Shown here: piece after piece, positions 24,500-35,830 of the stretch
Layout: every line of letters begins with the position of its first letter
How positions within the stretch are numbered: the first letter of the stretch is position 1
Source: Rhynchobatus australiae
Taxonomy: Eukaryota
NCBI GenBank assembly: GCA_034780895.1
Contig: JAUZTB010000057.1
Coordinates: 13,010,914 to 13,066,690, forward strand
Reading direction: 5' to 3'
Length of the DNA stretch: 55,777 nt
The notes under the pieces: generated by a model
Told to the model about the DNA's origin: nothing
Database searches by the model: none
The model's input: only the letters and a program-made list of their open reading frames with translations
Position numbers and translations under genes: made by a program

Positions 24500-24720
24500 A
24501 AAAACAGCTGATAAAAGCCATTATGATGGAATTGAGGATAGATGGAACCTTGGACTCCCCCACCTGGGGCCCGGTCAGCACCATCAGCACACTCCACACC
24601 ATGGAAGGATTGTGGAGTGGGAGGTGTCCAATGCAGTGGATCCCATGGGTGTCACTGGAGGAAAATGCATTGCCACTGCGAGAGGATGCAGGGCTGCAAC
24701 ACAAAGGCAATCGTTCCATT
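24500..24720 (+). mobile_element. Possible decayed Myb/SANT (PIF/Harbinger ORF2) fragment
   Basis: Frameshifted LW / EVSNAVDPMGVT / HCERMQ resembles W-x-E-V-x2-A-V...QCRKR of Myb/SANT-like domains. Confidence 0.28.
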
Positions 24721-25447
24721 TTGGGCCCATTGTTTCAAGAGGGCAAATGCCATGAGTTCCTCCACTCTGGGTGGTCAGATAAGCCTGGACCTTTGGTGCA
24801 GCTTATCAATGGCAAACACTTTAAAGGTTTTATTTACAAACCTTCTACCTGTATCTTCAGAGATATCCTCAGAGATGGAGGCCACTGTCATTCCCACTGG
24901 AGGGAGTGCCCTTCTTCAGTTCAGCATTCCTTCATTTCACACCACGGGCAAGTGTCCCACAATAAAAGCACTTGGTATTTCTGGTGGGAAACAAATACTT
25001 GAATGTTTACCTTAGTTCAGGATGTTCCAATGAAGCACTTATTGAGGTGGAGGAATTAGTGCACAGCGTACACCTACAATCAGCAGTATGGCAATTTTTA
25101 AATTGCTGGTAATGAGCTAAATCTTAACCAGCTCATTAGTAGGAACTCCCCTGCACTATGGGCTCATTCCTGTACACTTGAGAAAGCAAATGGAGACTTG
25201 GTTTAATATTTCATCCAAAGACCAGACCTCCTAGATTTTGGTCTAAAGTTTTGTGGTCAGTAAGCAAATGGAGAGATTTTCTTCTGACCTGCTGACCTTT
25301 TCCAGGGTCTGCTACTGACCAGAATACATAACACACTATTGACTTAGTCATAGTGGATCCTTGGAACCTGAATATTTACCTTTCAGACTCCCTTTTTTCC
25401 TTTCCTCTCTGCACTGCATCGTTGGGTGCAGACTACCTGCTCCTTTG

Positions 25448-25520
25448 TTGGACCAGATGTAGGAGAGGCTGACATCATCTGTTATTGGACCAGATGTAGG
25501 AGAGGCTGACATCATCTGTT
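25448..25520. repeat. Perfect tandem duplication, 36 nt x2 (period 37)
   Basis: TTGGACCAGATGTAGGAGAGGCTGACATCATCTGTT starts at both 25448 and 25485. Confidence 0.95.
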
Positions 25521-25669
25521 GTAGGCCTACATCACCACCATCATCTCTCCCACTGACCAAAGTATTGGATCTCTGCTCTGCACTGCTCCTTAAAAAGTAT
25601 TGTGGACATGGCCCCAGATGTTTTTCTTTCCCTCACTACGTCCTTTTCAAAAAGAGGCAAAGCCTTGTT

Positions 25670-25745
25670 GCTGCAGCGTTACCTCTGTTTCTCCTTCCAC
25701 AGATGTTGCTTGACCTGCCGAGTGTTCCCAGCATTCTCTGTTGTT
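25670..25745 (+). mobile_element. Penelope-type arm fragment
   Basis: CGTTACCTCTGTTTCTCCTTCCACAGATGTTGCTTGACCTGCCGAGTGTTCCCAGCATTCTCTGTT matches 41970-42035. Confidence 0.75.
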
Positions 25746-26084
25746 ATCTCTCTCCTCATCTGACGGTAGCCATTGCAAAGCTTGATCCAGTGTGCCGGGT
25801 AATACCTCACTCAACCTATAAGCTCAATCCACCTTCCAGAGCAGCAATTTGCACTGGTCCAACAATTATCCACAGACATCCCAGAATAATTCTTGCATGC
25901 AATCTGAAACCTGAGTCGGTTTCTCCTCTTTTTTTAGACCCTTTACTTCAGGCTTTTGGAATGTTATAACCTACCGTCTGCTTGATAAGATCAAGCTACC
26001 TATTTCTCATTAATGATATATCATGATAGTTGATGTTTCCAGAGTTGTAACTCTGTCCTACTATCACCTTGAAGAATTTTATAC

Positions 26085-26257
26085 AAGCATCCACCTTTCT
26101 AAACAGCTCTTTAAAACCTGTCCCCTTGATGGAACTTTATGGTCGTCTGTCCTGATTTCTCCAATGTGGCCGAGCATCAAACCTCTTTGGATAACACTCT
26201 GGTGACAAGAGTCAGGCATTTTACCCCATGAAAGGTGTTAGATAAACGCAAGCTGTT
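26085..26257 (+). mobile_element. L2 LINE 3' end
   Basis: CTCTTTAAAACCTGTCCCCTTGA...GATAACACTCTGGTGA...AAAGGTGTTAGATAAACGCAAGCTGTT, a typical L2 tail. Confidence 0.65.
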
Positions 26258-27059
26258 CCCCCTGGATGAATCTTGGACTTGTGAGAGAAGAAAGAATTAT
26301 AACTCTGTTGCAAAGGACAAACTTGATCATTCATCCATGTTGGTAAACCGAGCAATGTTTAACCCATCCAGCTGATCAAATCCTAAAGTTCAGCAGTGAA
26401 ATGGCCTTCCCCACAAGGCCGGTGGAATTTTGTAATGTCATTGGGCACTTTCATCTGAGACTTTAACCCGCTGTTTTTGTCTCTGCCTCAATTTTGATTG
26501 GTCTTCTCCTCCATGTTGTGAAAATGAGTTTTAAAATGAACTTACGATAACTAAAAGCATAAAAGCAGTTTTTAACTGCTATAAAATTCTATCATGCAAT
26601 TTAATTGTAAAGACATGAGGCTAGAAATTATTGACATTGAGCCTAATGCTGGTATTAATGGCGTGTGGCTAATGATATTATTGGGAGTGCTGATAAACAT
26701 AGACTTCCTGTTCACTATTTTTTCTGTCAAAGGAAATTCTCATGACTGCAGTCTGGTTCAGAGTGTTGCAGGGCTTGAGACATCTGTAAAAGTAATTAAA
26801 GTAGCTGTTGCCAGGAGCAGAGCTCTTTCAATGGGACTGCTCCATATTTCCAAAGTTGACAGGACACCAGCCCTCACACAGAAGTGGCACTACCACCAGG
26901 GCTGCATTCTGTCACTTGCAGTCTTCAGTGAAAGGAAAGATATCCCATATCTTGTTAGAAATATCAAGTGTTTGCTGTACTACGGGGACTGGATCCAATC
27001 TCCCCCTTGATTTTATGCAGAGAAGGATCAGCATTCTCAAAGGGCTGAATCAAAATGAG

Positions 27060-27350
27060 AAGGTCACATAAGATCCTGCCCATTCTGACTGACTCCACCT
27101 CTGCTTCTTCTCCTCTGTGGCACTGGATCTTGCAAACCATTGCCAGCTCCAGACCTGACTCCTGCCAACCCTGCCACTGTCTCTCCACCTCTCCTTCCTC
27201 CTTTAAGAGGCTCATTAAACTCTACCTCTTTGCTTGCTTTGATATTTCTGATGTTCCAATCTTTAAAATTTTGATTCTGCTGTTATTGAACACTTTTCAA
27301 CATTTTGCCATGTTGCAACTGTTACAAAAATATAAATTGTTTTTGTTGTT
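27060..27350 (+). mobile_element. L2 LINE 3' end
   Basis: CTCTCCACCTCTCCTTCCTCCTTTAAGAGGCTCATTAAACTCTACCTCTTTG (SFKRLIKLYLF) with a TTGTTGTTG tail. Confidence 0.7.
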
Positions 27351-27509
27351 GCTGGACAACCCATCACCTAGTAATGGCAATAGGGGCTAAGATTTACTGA
27401 TGATGCGGAGGGAACATTACGACATCTTCTTTAGGGACACCTCAATTTATCTTGCAGGCTCCTTCTTGCCTACCAGTTGGGATGTGTGTGCCAGTAACCG
27501 TAACAAAAA

Positions 27510-27870
27510 TTAGCTTTAATATCGCACCTTTAATGTAGCAAAACATCCCAAGTTATTTGATGGGAATATTATCAAACATTTCATGGATCCATACCAAATG
27601 TGGGTATTGGAGGAGATGAGAAGTCTCTTGAAGGAGGGAAAAGGAATTTGAGATGGGAATTCCAAAGTATGGAATCTCAGCAAATGAAGGCAAGGCACCA
27701 TCGGTGGAGCAATTAAAGAGTGATCAGGAAGCCAGGATGTGGGGAGCACAGGTCTCCCAGGTGCAAGGAGACCTTGACAAGATATGGAGGCCACAACATG
27801 AAAGGACATGAAAACAAGAGTAGAATTTTCAAACTGAAGTGTTGCTCAACTGAGAGGTGGAAAAGTACTG
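27510..27870 (-). mobile_element. L2 LINE 3' fragment
   Basis: ATATCGCACCTTTAATGTAGCAAAACATCCCAAG (reverse L2 tail), GGGAATTCCAAAG, and GAAAACAAGAGTAGAATTTTCAA (KILLLF-like in reverse). Confidence 0.75.
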
Positions 27871-28369
27871 ATGAAGGTCACAGGACAATAACTTTATCAT
27901 TGTTGCAGCAGGTAAGTAACCTGAGGAAGCAATGCAGTGCTGAAGAATAGTTGACATTTCTGGAATCCAAGGAGACAGTGGTTGCAAGCATTTGCCAGTC
28001 AAACTTCTTCACACAAAGTGCAATCCATCTCATCCAGAGGGGTTCTTAGTTCAAATCTAGGTGGAGACATTGAAAGAAAGTAACAGTGTAGGAAACTGCT
28101 CCCCACCAGCATTCTTGTCCTCCCATGTTTGTCACCACATGCACCTTTCATTGACTGCTTGTGCTGGCTCTTCAGAGGACTTGGTCTATAAGACTGACTT
28201 TTCTCATTTGACCAGGTCCAGTTCTGCAGCAGCTGCTCAATAAATAGTCCCACTTGGGTTCCTGATTTTATTTCAGGTGCCGAACTACATCCCAATTGCA
28301 GTTCACAGTTGACTATGAGGGTTTATGCTTCTCCTTCAATGACGGATTTGTTGTTTGGGAAATCAAATA

Positions 28370-28805
28370 TTTAAAGAAATTAGATCGACATTCCTTGGAG
28401 CTTAGAAGAATGATTGGTGATCTTGTTGAAACACATAAGGTCTTAAGAAGGAAGCCAGGGTTGGTGGTTGTTCCCACTCGTGGGAGAATCTCAGATTAGG
28501 GAACATGGTTACAAAACCAGGGGGTATTTATTTAAAACTGAGGTGTGTAGGATCTTCTTCTCACAGAGAGTGTTGAATTTCTGGAAAACTCCACCCCAGC
28601 ATGCTCAGGAGGCTAGATCATTTGGGATATTTAAAGAGAAAGTCCACATATTTTTGAACGGTCAGAGAATTGAGGGCTGTAGGGGGCTGGCACAGTAAAG
28701 GGATAAGGCCTGAGGCAGAGCAGGCAAGATCGAGAATGAATGACAGGACAGGCTTTAGGGGCCGAATGTTCTATTCCTGCTCCTTTTCTTCTCAACTTCT
28801 CATGT
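28370..28805 (+). mobile_element. CR1 LINE 3' fragment
   Basis: SLELRRMIGDLVETHKVL and FFSQRVLNFW...FKEKVHIFL; 3' end GGGGCCGAATGTTCTATTCCTGCTCC. Confidence 0.92.
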
Positions 28806-29689
28806 TTTTTTTTATTTTGTTAATGACCCCTGTGTGATGACTAATTATAAGAAATGTTTAATGCTAAGAATAAAAATGCTATGTGAAACTCACAGTTTAA
28901 GAGTAACATGTATTTGATTGCAAGACTTAAGGTTTTTCTCTGTCAAAGTGACATGTGACTGTTCTTTGGAGGGGATGCATCCATTCTCAAACATAGTCTG
29001 ACAAAGACCTGAAGTTGTTCTGGGAAGGAATTGCTCGGACGTGTAGTTTACACCCATAGCCACAGGGGGCTCCATGCTCTCATATATTAAAATACAGTCA
29101 CATGATCTTATGTACAATGTTATTGGTAACTGAAGGGATTCCATATTATAATTTATTTAAACACAGAAACCATTCAGTGGGTGCACATATAATAATTCAG
29201 GCAGTGGCATTGCTCCAAGGATTGTGGTTTACCACTGCAATTGACTCCAGTTGAGTGCATAGCCTGTATGTTTCAGAATTCTATCAGATACCTAGAAAAT
29301 TCTCAGAAGCTCATACATTTCCATCATCTGCAGCTGCACTAGTATTTTGCTTTAGGTATAGCAATCATTAATATAAGAAGGGGTGTAAAGGTGAGATGTT
29401 GCAGATATGGGTAGGGAAAAAGAAAACACTGAAAATATTTATCTACCTTGTAAGATCATACTCCTAACTCACATCTGATAAAGCATTTTATTGTATTCTA
29501 TCTGTTAAGATAATTTACGAAACTGGATAACATGCTTTTAAACCCTGTAATAAGAATCATCGCAGAAACAAAGGGTCTCTATCTCACCAGATGTGATAAT
29601 CCTTCAGTTTCACAAGGCCTTCCTGGACCCAATGCCAAAATAATACTTACGCTGTCTGTGACTTCAGGGCCTAGTATGAATGCAAATGA

Positions 29690-29790
29690 GTTGGCTTGGC
29701 TCAATGGTAGCATTCTCATTGTTGAAACAAGTCATGGGGTCAAGCCCCATTGCAGGGCTGAACCCATGATCTAGGCTGGCACATCAGTGG
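29690..29790 (+). mobile_element. Deu-SINE (SacSINE1-like) head fragment
   Basis: TGGCTCAATGGTAGCATTCTC...GGGTCAAGCCCCA...ATCTAGGCTGGCAC is similar to 12600-12685. Confidence 0.65.
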
Positions 29791-30759
29791 CCAGCAATTA
29801 ATCATTGCTGTTCTTCCCTGTACAATTTCTGCTGCCTTTAATAATCTTCCAGTGGTTTACTGGCCACATCTGAATGGAATATTGTTGGTTGGATCTTACT
29901 ATTAATCAGCGTTAGATTTATATCCCTGGATTTGATCATCTGGAAATGCAATCTAACGTACCATTTCCCATGTTTATTGAAATCTTACATTGCCAAGACA
30001 TTTTTAAACATTGGCCTTTATTGTTTTCCAACATACTCTCTTCAACTTTGTCATTTGATCAGCAACTTTGTTACAGAATCTGATTGCAATTATAGAAGCT
30101 GACAGACTGTTCAAAATGTATCAGCAGGCACCTGAACTGATTACAAACAGGAATGAGACTGATAAACTACCACACGTTGTTCTAAACTAACTGATTAATT
30201 AATTAATTAGTTAATGATCAACATTCAAGACTGCTTTCTTGCCAAGTGAAGGTAATGTAGCACACCAAAGCTTGGGCTTTATATGTCTTTGCATCTTTTT
30301 GGTTTGCCAACATTTAACATTTTATGAAATGTTTTCACGTATTAATGTACCAGTTTGCGGTATGGTTCAGTTACTTCATTATACTGAGGCCTGTTGACAG
30401 AGATTGTATTTACAGTGAATCACACCTGAGAAGCAGTGAGGTAAATAAATTGTAACAGAACTGGATTAGGGCTGCAGGAATGGAAATGGAGGAGTCAGTC
30501 AGCTCAATGTTGAGAGGAATTGAAAGAAGAAAGTAGGGGTGGAATGTTAATTGGATGGCTGGAAATTATAAGAGGTTTGACTTTTAGGCATTCTTTTGTC
30601 TGAACCTGTGGAAAACGAGGGAAAAGTAAGCTTTTCTTTACCAAGTGTTTCTGAATTTTCATTGAAAGGAACTGATTCATGACTGGGTTCAGTTCCAAAG
30701 GTGCCTTGAGCTCTCAGGTACGTAACTCACACTTCTTGTGTTAACCCAGCAAGTAAGGG

Positions 30760-31010
30760 AACAATGCAATGACAACAAGCCCCGATCTGTTCCCTTTCGT
30801 ATGTTGACATGCCATTCAATGACTCAGTGGCAATCAGCAATGGAAACTTCCGTGCTTAGTCCAAACCACTGTGACCAATTATAATTGTGTTACAATAGCT
30901 CATCATGTTGGCTATGATAAGCTGTTGTAGCACAGTACAGGCATTAAACTGAGACCTTCTTAATCTGTGCGATGTAATAACACACCAAGAGATGTGGCTA
31001 CTCTATGTGA
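30760..31010 (-). mobile_element. Old tRNA-derived SINE remnant, family uncertain
   Basis: Minus-strand CAGATTAAGAAGGTCTCAGTTTAATGCC and ACAGATCGGGGCTTGTTGTCATTG resemble a recalled shark SINE; there are weaker look-alikes near 8620-8800 and 49300-49430. Confidence 0.35.
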
Positions 31011-31864
31011 TGTCGTGAGAATATTTAATGGTGTGAAACACATTTGCAGATCAGAAATAGTAACAAATTATTTTCTCTTCGTTATACTTCTTATTCCTTT
31101 ATGACACCATGAAAGAAATGTCTCTGAATATCAAATGTAAGAGCGGATTTGCCTCCTGCCGTCTCTTTACAGCCAGCCAGAGAATCCTTTGGGACTGGAT
31201 CCTAAATCAATGGAAGCTTCCCCATTTACCAAGGGTTTGCAAATATGGAGCAGATTGCTGGAAACTTCTGAAGCTAAAAAAAGTGCTGCAGCAATAGTTT
31301 TAAGCAGAGAATACTTTTGGTAGTCAAGCGCATTAGAAATTTTGTCTACTGATACTATGGAGCAGCCCTCAGGAAAGATCTCCAGGTGCTGGATGCAGCA
31401 ATGGCAATGCTATCACAGGAGGTGATATTTTTGGCATTCCAGGATATTCTTTCTGCAAATCAATGGTTCCAATGGCCTCTCTCATTCATCCACCATGACA
31501 TAAAGTTAGGCAAGTTTCAAAATAACAATTTGCCAGTGCCTTAAACTAAACAGAGGATCAAAGTGCACAGATACCAAAGTGTCTCCTCACACCCTGTTAC
31601 ACATTAACTGATATCCTCCACAGGGATCTTACAAAGCTTCCAGCTCTTTGAATGATTTACCACACCTGACTCTACTGCTGGTCACAAGTTCCAGTTTCAA
31701 CTTATCTTTGTAACTCTTGATGTGCTTATATCTTGAAAGGATTTCATGATATTCATGTTGCATATTTCATGTTCGTATCCTCACAATCACCACGGGTTCC
31801 AGGAGTGATATTTCATGTGTTTCATCACTACTCATCTGCTGCTGATGCACATGCTGCTCATGCG

Positions 31865-32070
31865 TCAATTGTTCAAGAACAGGCAGGGTGCCCTTTATTC
31901 TTTTGTAAACCACTGCTAATCCAAATCATTGACTCCTCCATGCCAAGCCCTCTTGCCATCCCTTCCAGCTCACTGACCAACATTACTTTCCACTCTTAGA
32001 TTTAAAGTTCTAATGTTAAGTTTAAATCCTTCCATGGGCTCAGACAAGGTTTTCATCTCCATTCCTACAG
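31865..32070 (+). mobile_element. L2 LINE RT C-terminal fragment
   Basis: GATTTAAAGTTCTAATGTTAAGTTTAAATCCTTCCATGGGCTC (~FKILxLxFKSLHGL). Confidence 0.55.
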
Positions 32071-33990
32071 GCATTTCAACTTTAAATTCTTCCAGCTCAG
32101 TTCATTTCCCTCCCAGGTCTGGTCAGTTGTATGTAAATTACACCCCAAACCCACTTAATTCCAAACCATTTTGCCTCTAATCGTAATTTGAAAAGTCCGC
32201 CAGTCTATTGTGGTCTGACCTTGGGTGAGTCTTCCTCAAGTTTCAGATAGAACATCTTTACGAGACAAGAGTTGCAAGTTATTTTAACAGCTTTCATGGC
32301 ATTTATACCCTGGGCATATATGTCTCTGACAATAAACTTGAACTTGCACTTGAAGAGTAGCCAGGGTGATTGCCTTCCTCACACTTTTTACCTTCTCCTT
32401 GCAAGATTGCACCCAAGACTAAAGACCATTTGGGTATGGGGTAAGGAGAGGCAACATGGTGTATGACTATTTATGCTGGATATAAATCCAGGATGTAAAG
32501 CTTATATTCTGGTCTCTTTTCATCAGGGAGGAAAGTGTGGACCCTAAACCCAATCCCGCTTGCTCAGAAACAGGGAAAGATCCCACGGGATCAATTGTCA
32601 TGCTATCAGGATGTAAGTACCCGCTGCATCTTCAAGTAATCTTCATGAATCATATGCTAATTTACACTTACAAGAGTTCTCAAAACCCAAATCTTTCGAC
32701 ACCAACTCTGGGGCAACATTAGCCAGTTTCTATTGCATAGCTTTAAATTGCAGAATAACAATCCTTTTATCTTGAAAATATGTATCCCAGTATTAACGGG
32801 ATACAACAGGAGCTGTAAGTTAAACCATTGTTTCTTTAAGGCTTTATTTTTTGAATTCATTGCTTCCCTGTAGATATCCTCTATTTATTCAGCAGATCAC
32901 AACACATACCCCTGCTGATCGCATTTGAGGATTAATGTTTGGCCTACAGTACATCAGTAAGATTATGATGATATTAATCTGCGATCACCATCTTTTGGAA
33001 TACAGTGCATCCCATTGAGTAATGTATTCATTCCACACTGCCATAATATCAAAACAGCCAAGGANNNNNNNNNNAACAGTGGCTCTGAAGCCAACTATTG
33101 CTTTCCAGCAATGCAATGTGGTTTGTGGACAAAGTTTAAACATTCAATGTCACCAGGCCCTTAACCACTCCTACAAGATTTTTGACCTGTGACCCAAATC
33201 AGAAAGGAGGTCCTGCCCATTCGTTGTGACTATTTGTTCTCACATATACAAAGTATACTATTTCTCGACTCCCACGCCCCTCATTTCTGAAAGACCAGAG
33301 ACTCTTGCTGTGGTTCATTAGATATTAATACCTCTGAAGTAGCACACTCTCTGCATAAACCAGGACCCCACATGCAGGGGCCCTATTTTAACTGTACAGG
33401 TCGACTGCAACACGATCTGTTGATTTTCTGACCTGATGTCAGCATGTAAGTTGTCCAGTAATGGTCACTGCATAATAAACAGAAACTAGAATCCTGGATC
33501 ATTACAGACTCTCCCTGTATATCACAAAGAAATTGAATCCAATTATATGCTCAGTACTTTACTATGAAGTGTATTTGCCTACTTAATAGGGAAGCATTGA
33601 GGATAGTAATTTAACAGCAGAGGCATTGCCTGCTGATCTTGTCTCATGTATCTGCAGCCAAACCACTTGTTAAACAAAACAAAGTTGCACAGGAAATGAG
33701 GCAAATTGGGAATGCAAAAGTTTTTTTATGTTGATCTCAGTTGTCCTTCCTATCTTCCCTCTTCAGATTACATACCCTCATTTAAATTTTCTCTGCACAG
33801 ATGATAAATCTTTCAGGTTGTAAGCCATTTCAGCATTCATGATGAAACAATAGGGGAGTGTGCAGGATACCTTTAGCTCTTTGGCTAATGTCAAAGGTGC
33901 TACATTCATTCCGAATGTAATTGGAATAATATTTATAAATTATAATCTCAATTTGCAGTGTAAACTAAAGCAGTTTAAAAGGTAAAGAGA

Positions 33991-34028
33991 AAATATAAAT
34001 GACAACTAAAAATATAAATGACAACTAA
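33991..34028. repeat. Perfect 19-nt tandem duplication
   Basis: AAATATAAATGACAACTAA x2. Confidence 0.95.
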
Positions 34029-35609
34029 ATGGAAATCCTAGATGCCTATTATGAATAAGATGTACATATAGAGAGGAAGCATATACTTAACTAACCTACT
34101 GTTTAAAACAAATGGTGAGGAAAGCTTGGAATGAAACAAAAGGTCAATAGGGAACCATGACTGCTATGCATGAGGGCAAAGATGGATCCTAGGTTGAATC
34201 TCTTACACTATTTTTTTGGCAAAGACCTGGAATATTTTCCATCCTATTGGTTAAATGACAGGCAGGGAGAGAAATAATGATTGGCATAAGGAGGATTATG
34301 TCTCTTTAGAAATGGCTTTCTAAGTGTAAAATTGCTCCTTGTATTCTTCACAAAATTAAGGGAATGCCTTATCTGGCAGGGAACAATAAGGTGTCAGGTA
34401 TTTCGTTAGCTTCTGCTTTTGTTTCAGTATTTTTCATTAAGTATCAAATGATTTTAATAAATTTTCTTTCTGGATTATTCTAAAGAGTAAATCCAATTCC
34501 TGATTTTCATTACTTAAGTTCAGAAAGCTGATTATGATTTAATGTCATTAAATGGTCTAATTAATTTTTCCCCTCATGCCTGCAGTCAGTAAATGTCACA
34601 AACACTGTCTTGCTTGCCCTTCCCTGAGTAATGAGCCCAAATCAAACTGCGTTGCAAGCCACAGGAAGTAACTGGCAGTTGGTAGGAAAACCACAACAGN
34701 NNNNNNNNNNNNGAGAGAAACCAAGCATCTTGCAGAAAGATAGAGAAAAAAATTTGTCAATCAACACTCAGATAACACTCATTTTCATGCAATTCTGTGT
34801 GCTGGGTCAGTAAATGTTACATTTTTTCCAACAACGGAAATGACCTCTCACTCTCTCCATAAAATGTGCACTTTTGTTTCCAAATTAAAATTCTCTCTGA
34901 TCAATTATCTTCTTGTTTTTTTTGTCTGTTTAGATCTGCATGCCTCTTTAAGACAGGAGTGTGAGCCAAACTGCAGATACAGAATACAATTGTTGTGGCT
35001 GATAATGATGCACCATGATCAGCTGACAAGTAGCAGCAGCAGATACACTTTTGTTTTAATTCCTGCAAACACTTCCAGTGAAACTGTGACAATGAGCAAT
35101 TGGAGATGTTCCATGAAGGCAAAGTCCATTATTGACTATGTTTATTCACTGGATTTATTTACCTATTCACACATACATGCATTAATTCATGTTTCGTACA
35201 TAAATGTATGATGATATACACTCCAGAATGACTCCCTATGTGAAACTTTACGCCCACATCCAGTTCTAATTGCTATCAGGGCTGTCACAGAAGTTACATA
35301 CATGCTAATCAGAGCAGCATAGGCAGATGTAATGCAATGTGTGTCTGACTGACCACACGTCTAATCTAGTTTATTCACATCATAAATAAAACTGTTACTC
35401 TGCTTGTTTACTGCTGCCATTTTTCATTGGGAGAGGTGAGTTATAAATAGATGTACCCTCGTCCTATGACCAAAATCTCCAGATAAACACATTCATTGGT
35501 CCATAATCACCAATAACCACTAAGTAACCCTATAAACCTCTTAGATCTTTGCTTTGAAATTTAAATGCTCTCTAAAGTTGTCCCATTTGTAGGTTATCCA
35601 AATGTATCA

Positions 35610-35830
35610 AAATTTAGGGTGGGGGCAATTGGGCCTGTGTGAGGTCATGTTTGGGGGGGGGGGTTCTTTGCATTCAGCATCCAGGGCCCTTGGGAAGGGG
35701 TGTAAAGGAAAAGGATCAGAGGAAAGGAGGGGTGGTCATGAGGTCAGGGGGGTTTGTGTATCAGGGGTCCGTGGTGCATTGGGGGTGGGTGTCCTAGGAG
35801 TCAAACTAGTCCTAGGAGTGTCAACAATGG
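35610..35830. repeat. G-rich low-complexity tract, probably internal to a decayed repeat
   Basis: Many G runs; similar tracts occur at 37540-37700 (G-rich) and 44060-44330 (C-rich). Confidence 0.55.

Noticed and set aside
25448-25520. CRISPR-like 36-nt repeats
   Set aside because: There are only two adjacent copies, no spacers and no cas genes, and the context is vertebrate.
26594-27010. 138-aa + ORF
   Set aside because: No recognisable domain and no convincing exon boundaries.
30669-30717. Possible 49-nt + exon ELIHDWVQFQRCLELS with a small hairpin
   Set aside because: It is isolated, with no partner exons and no recognisable homology.
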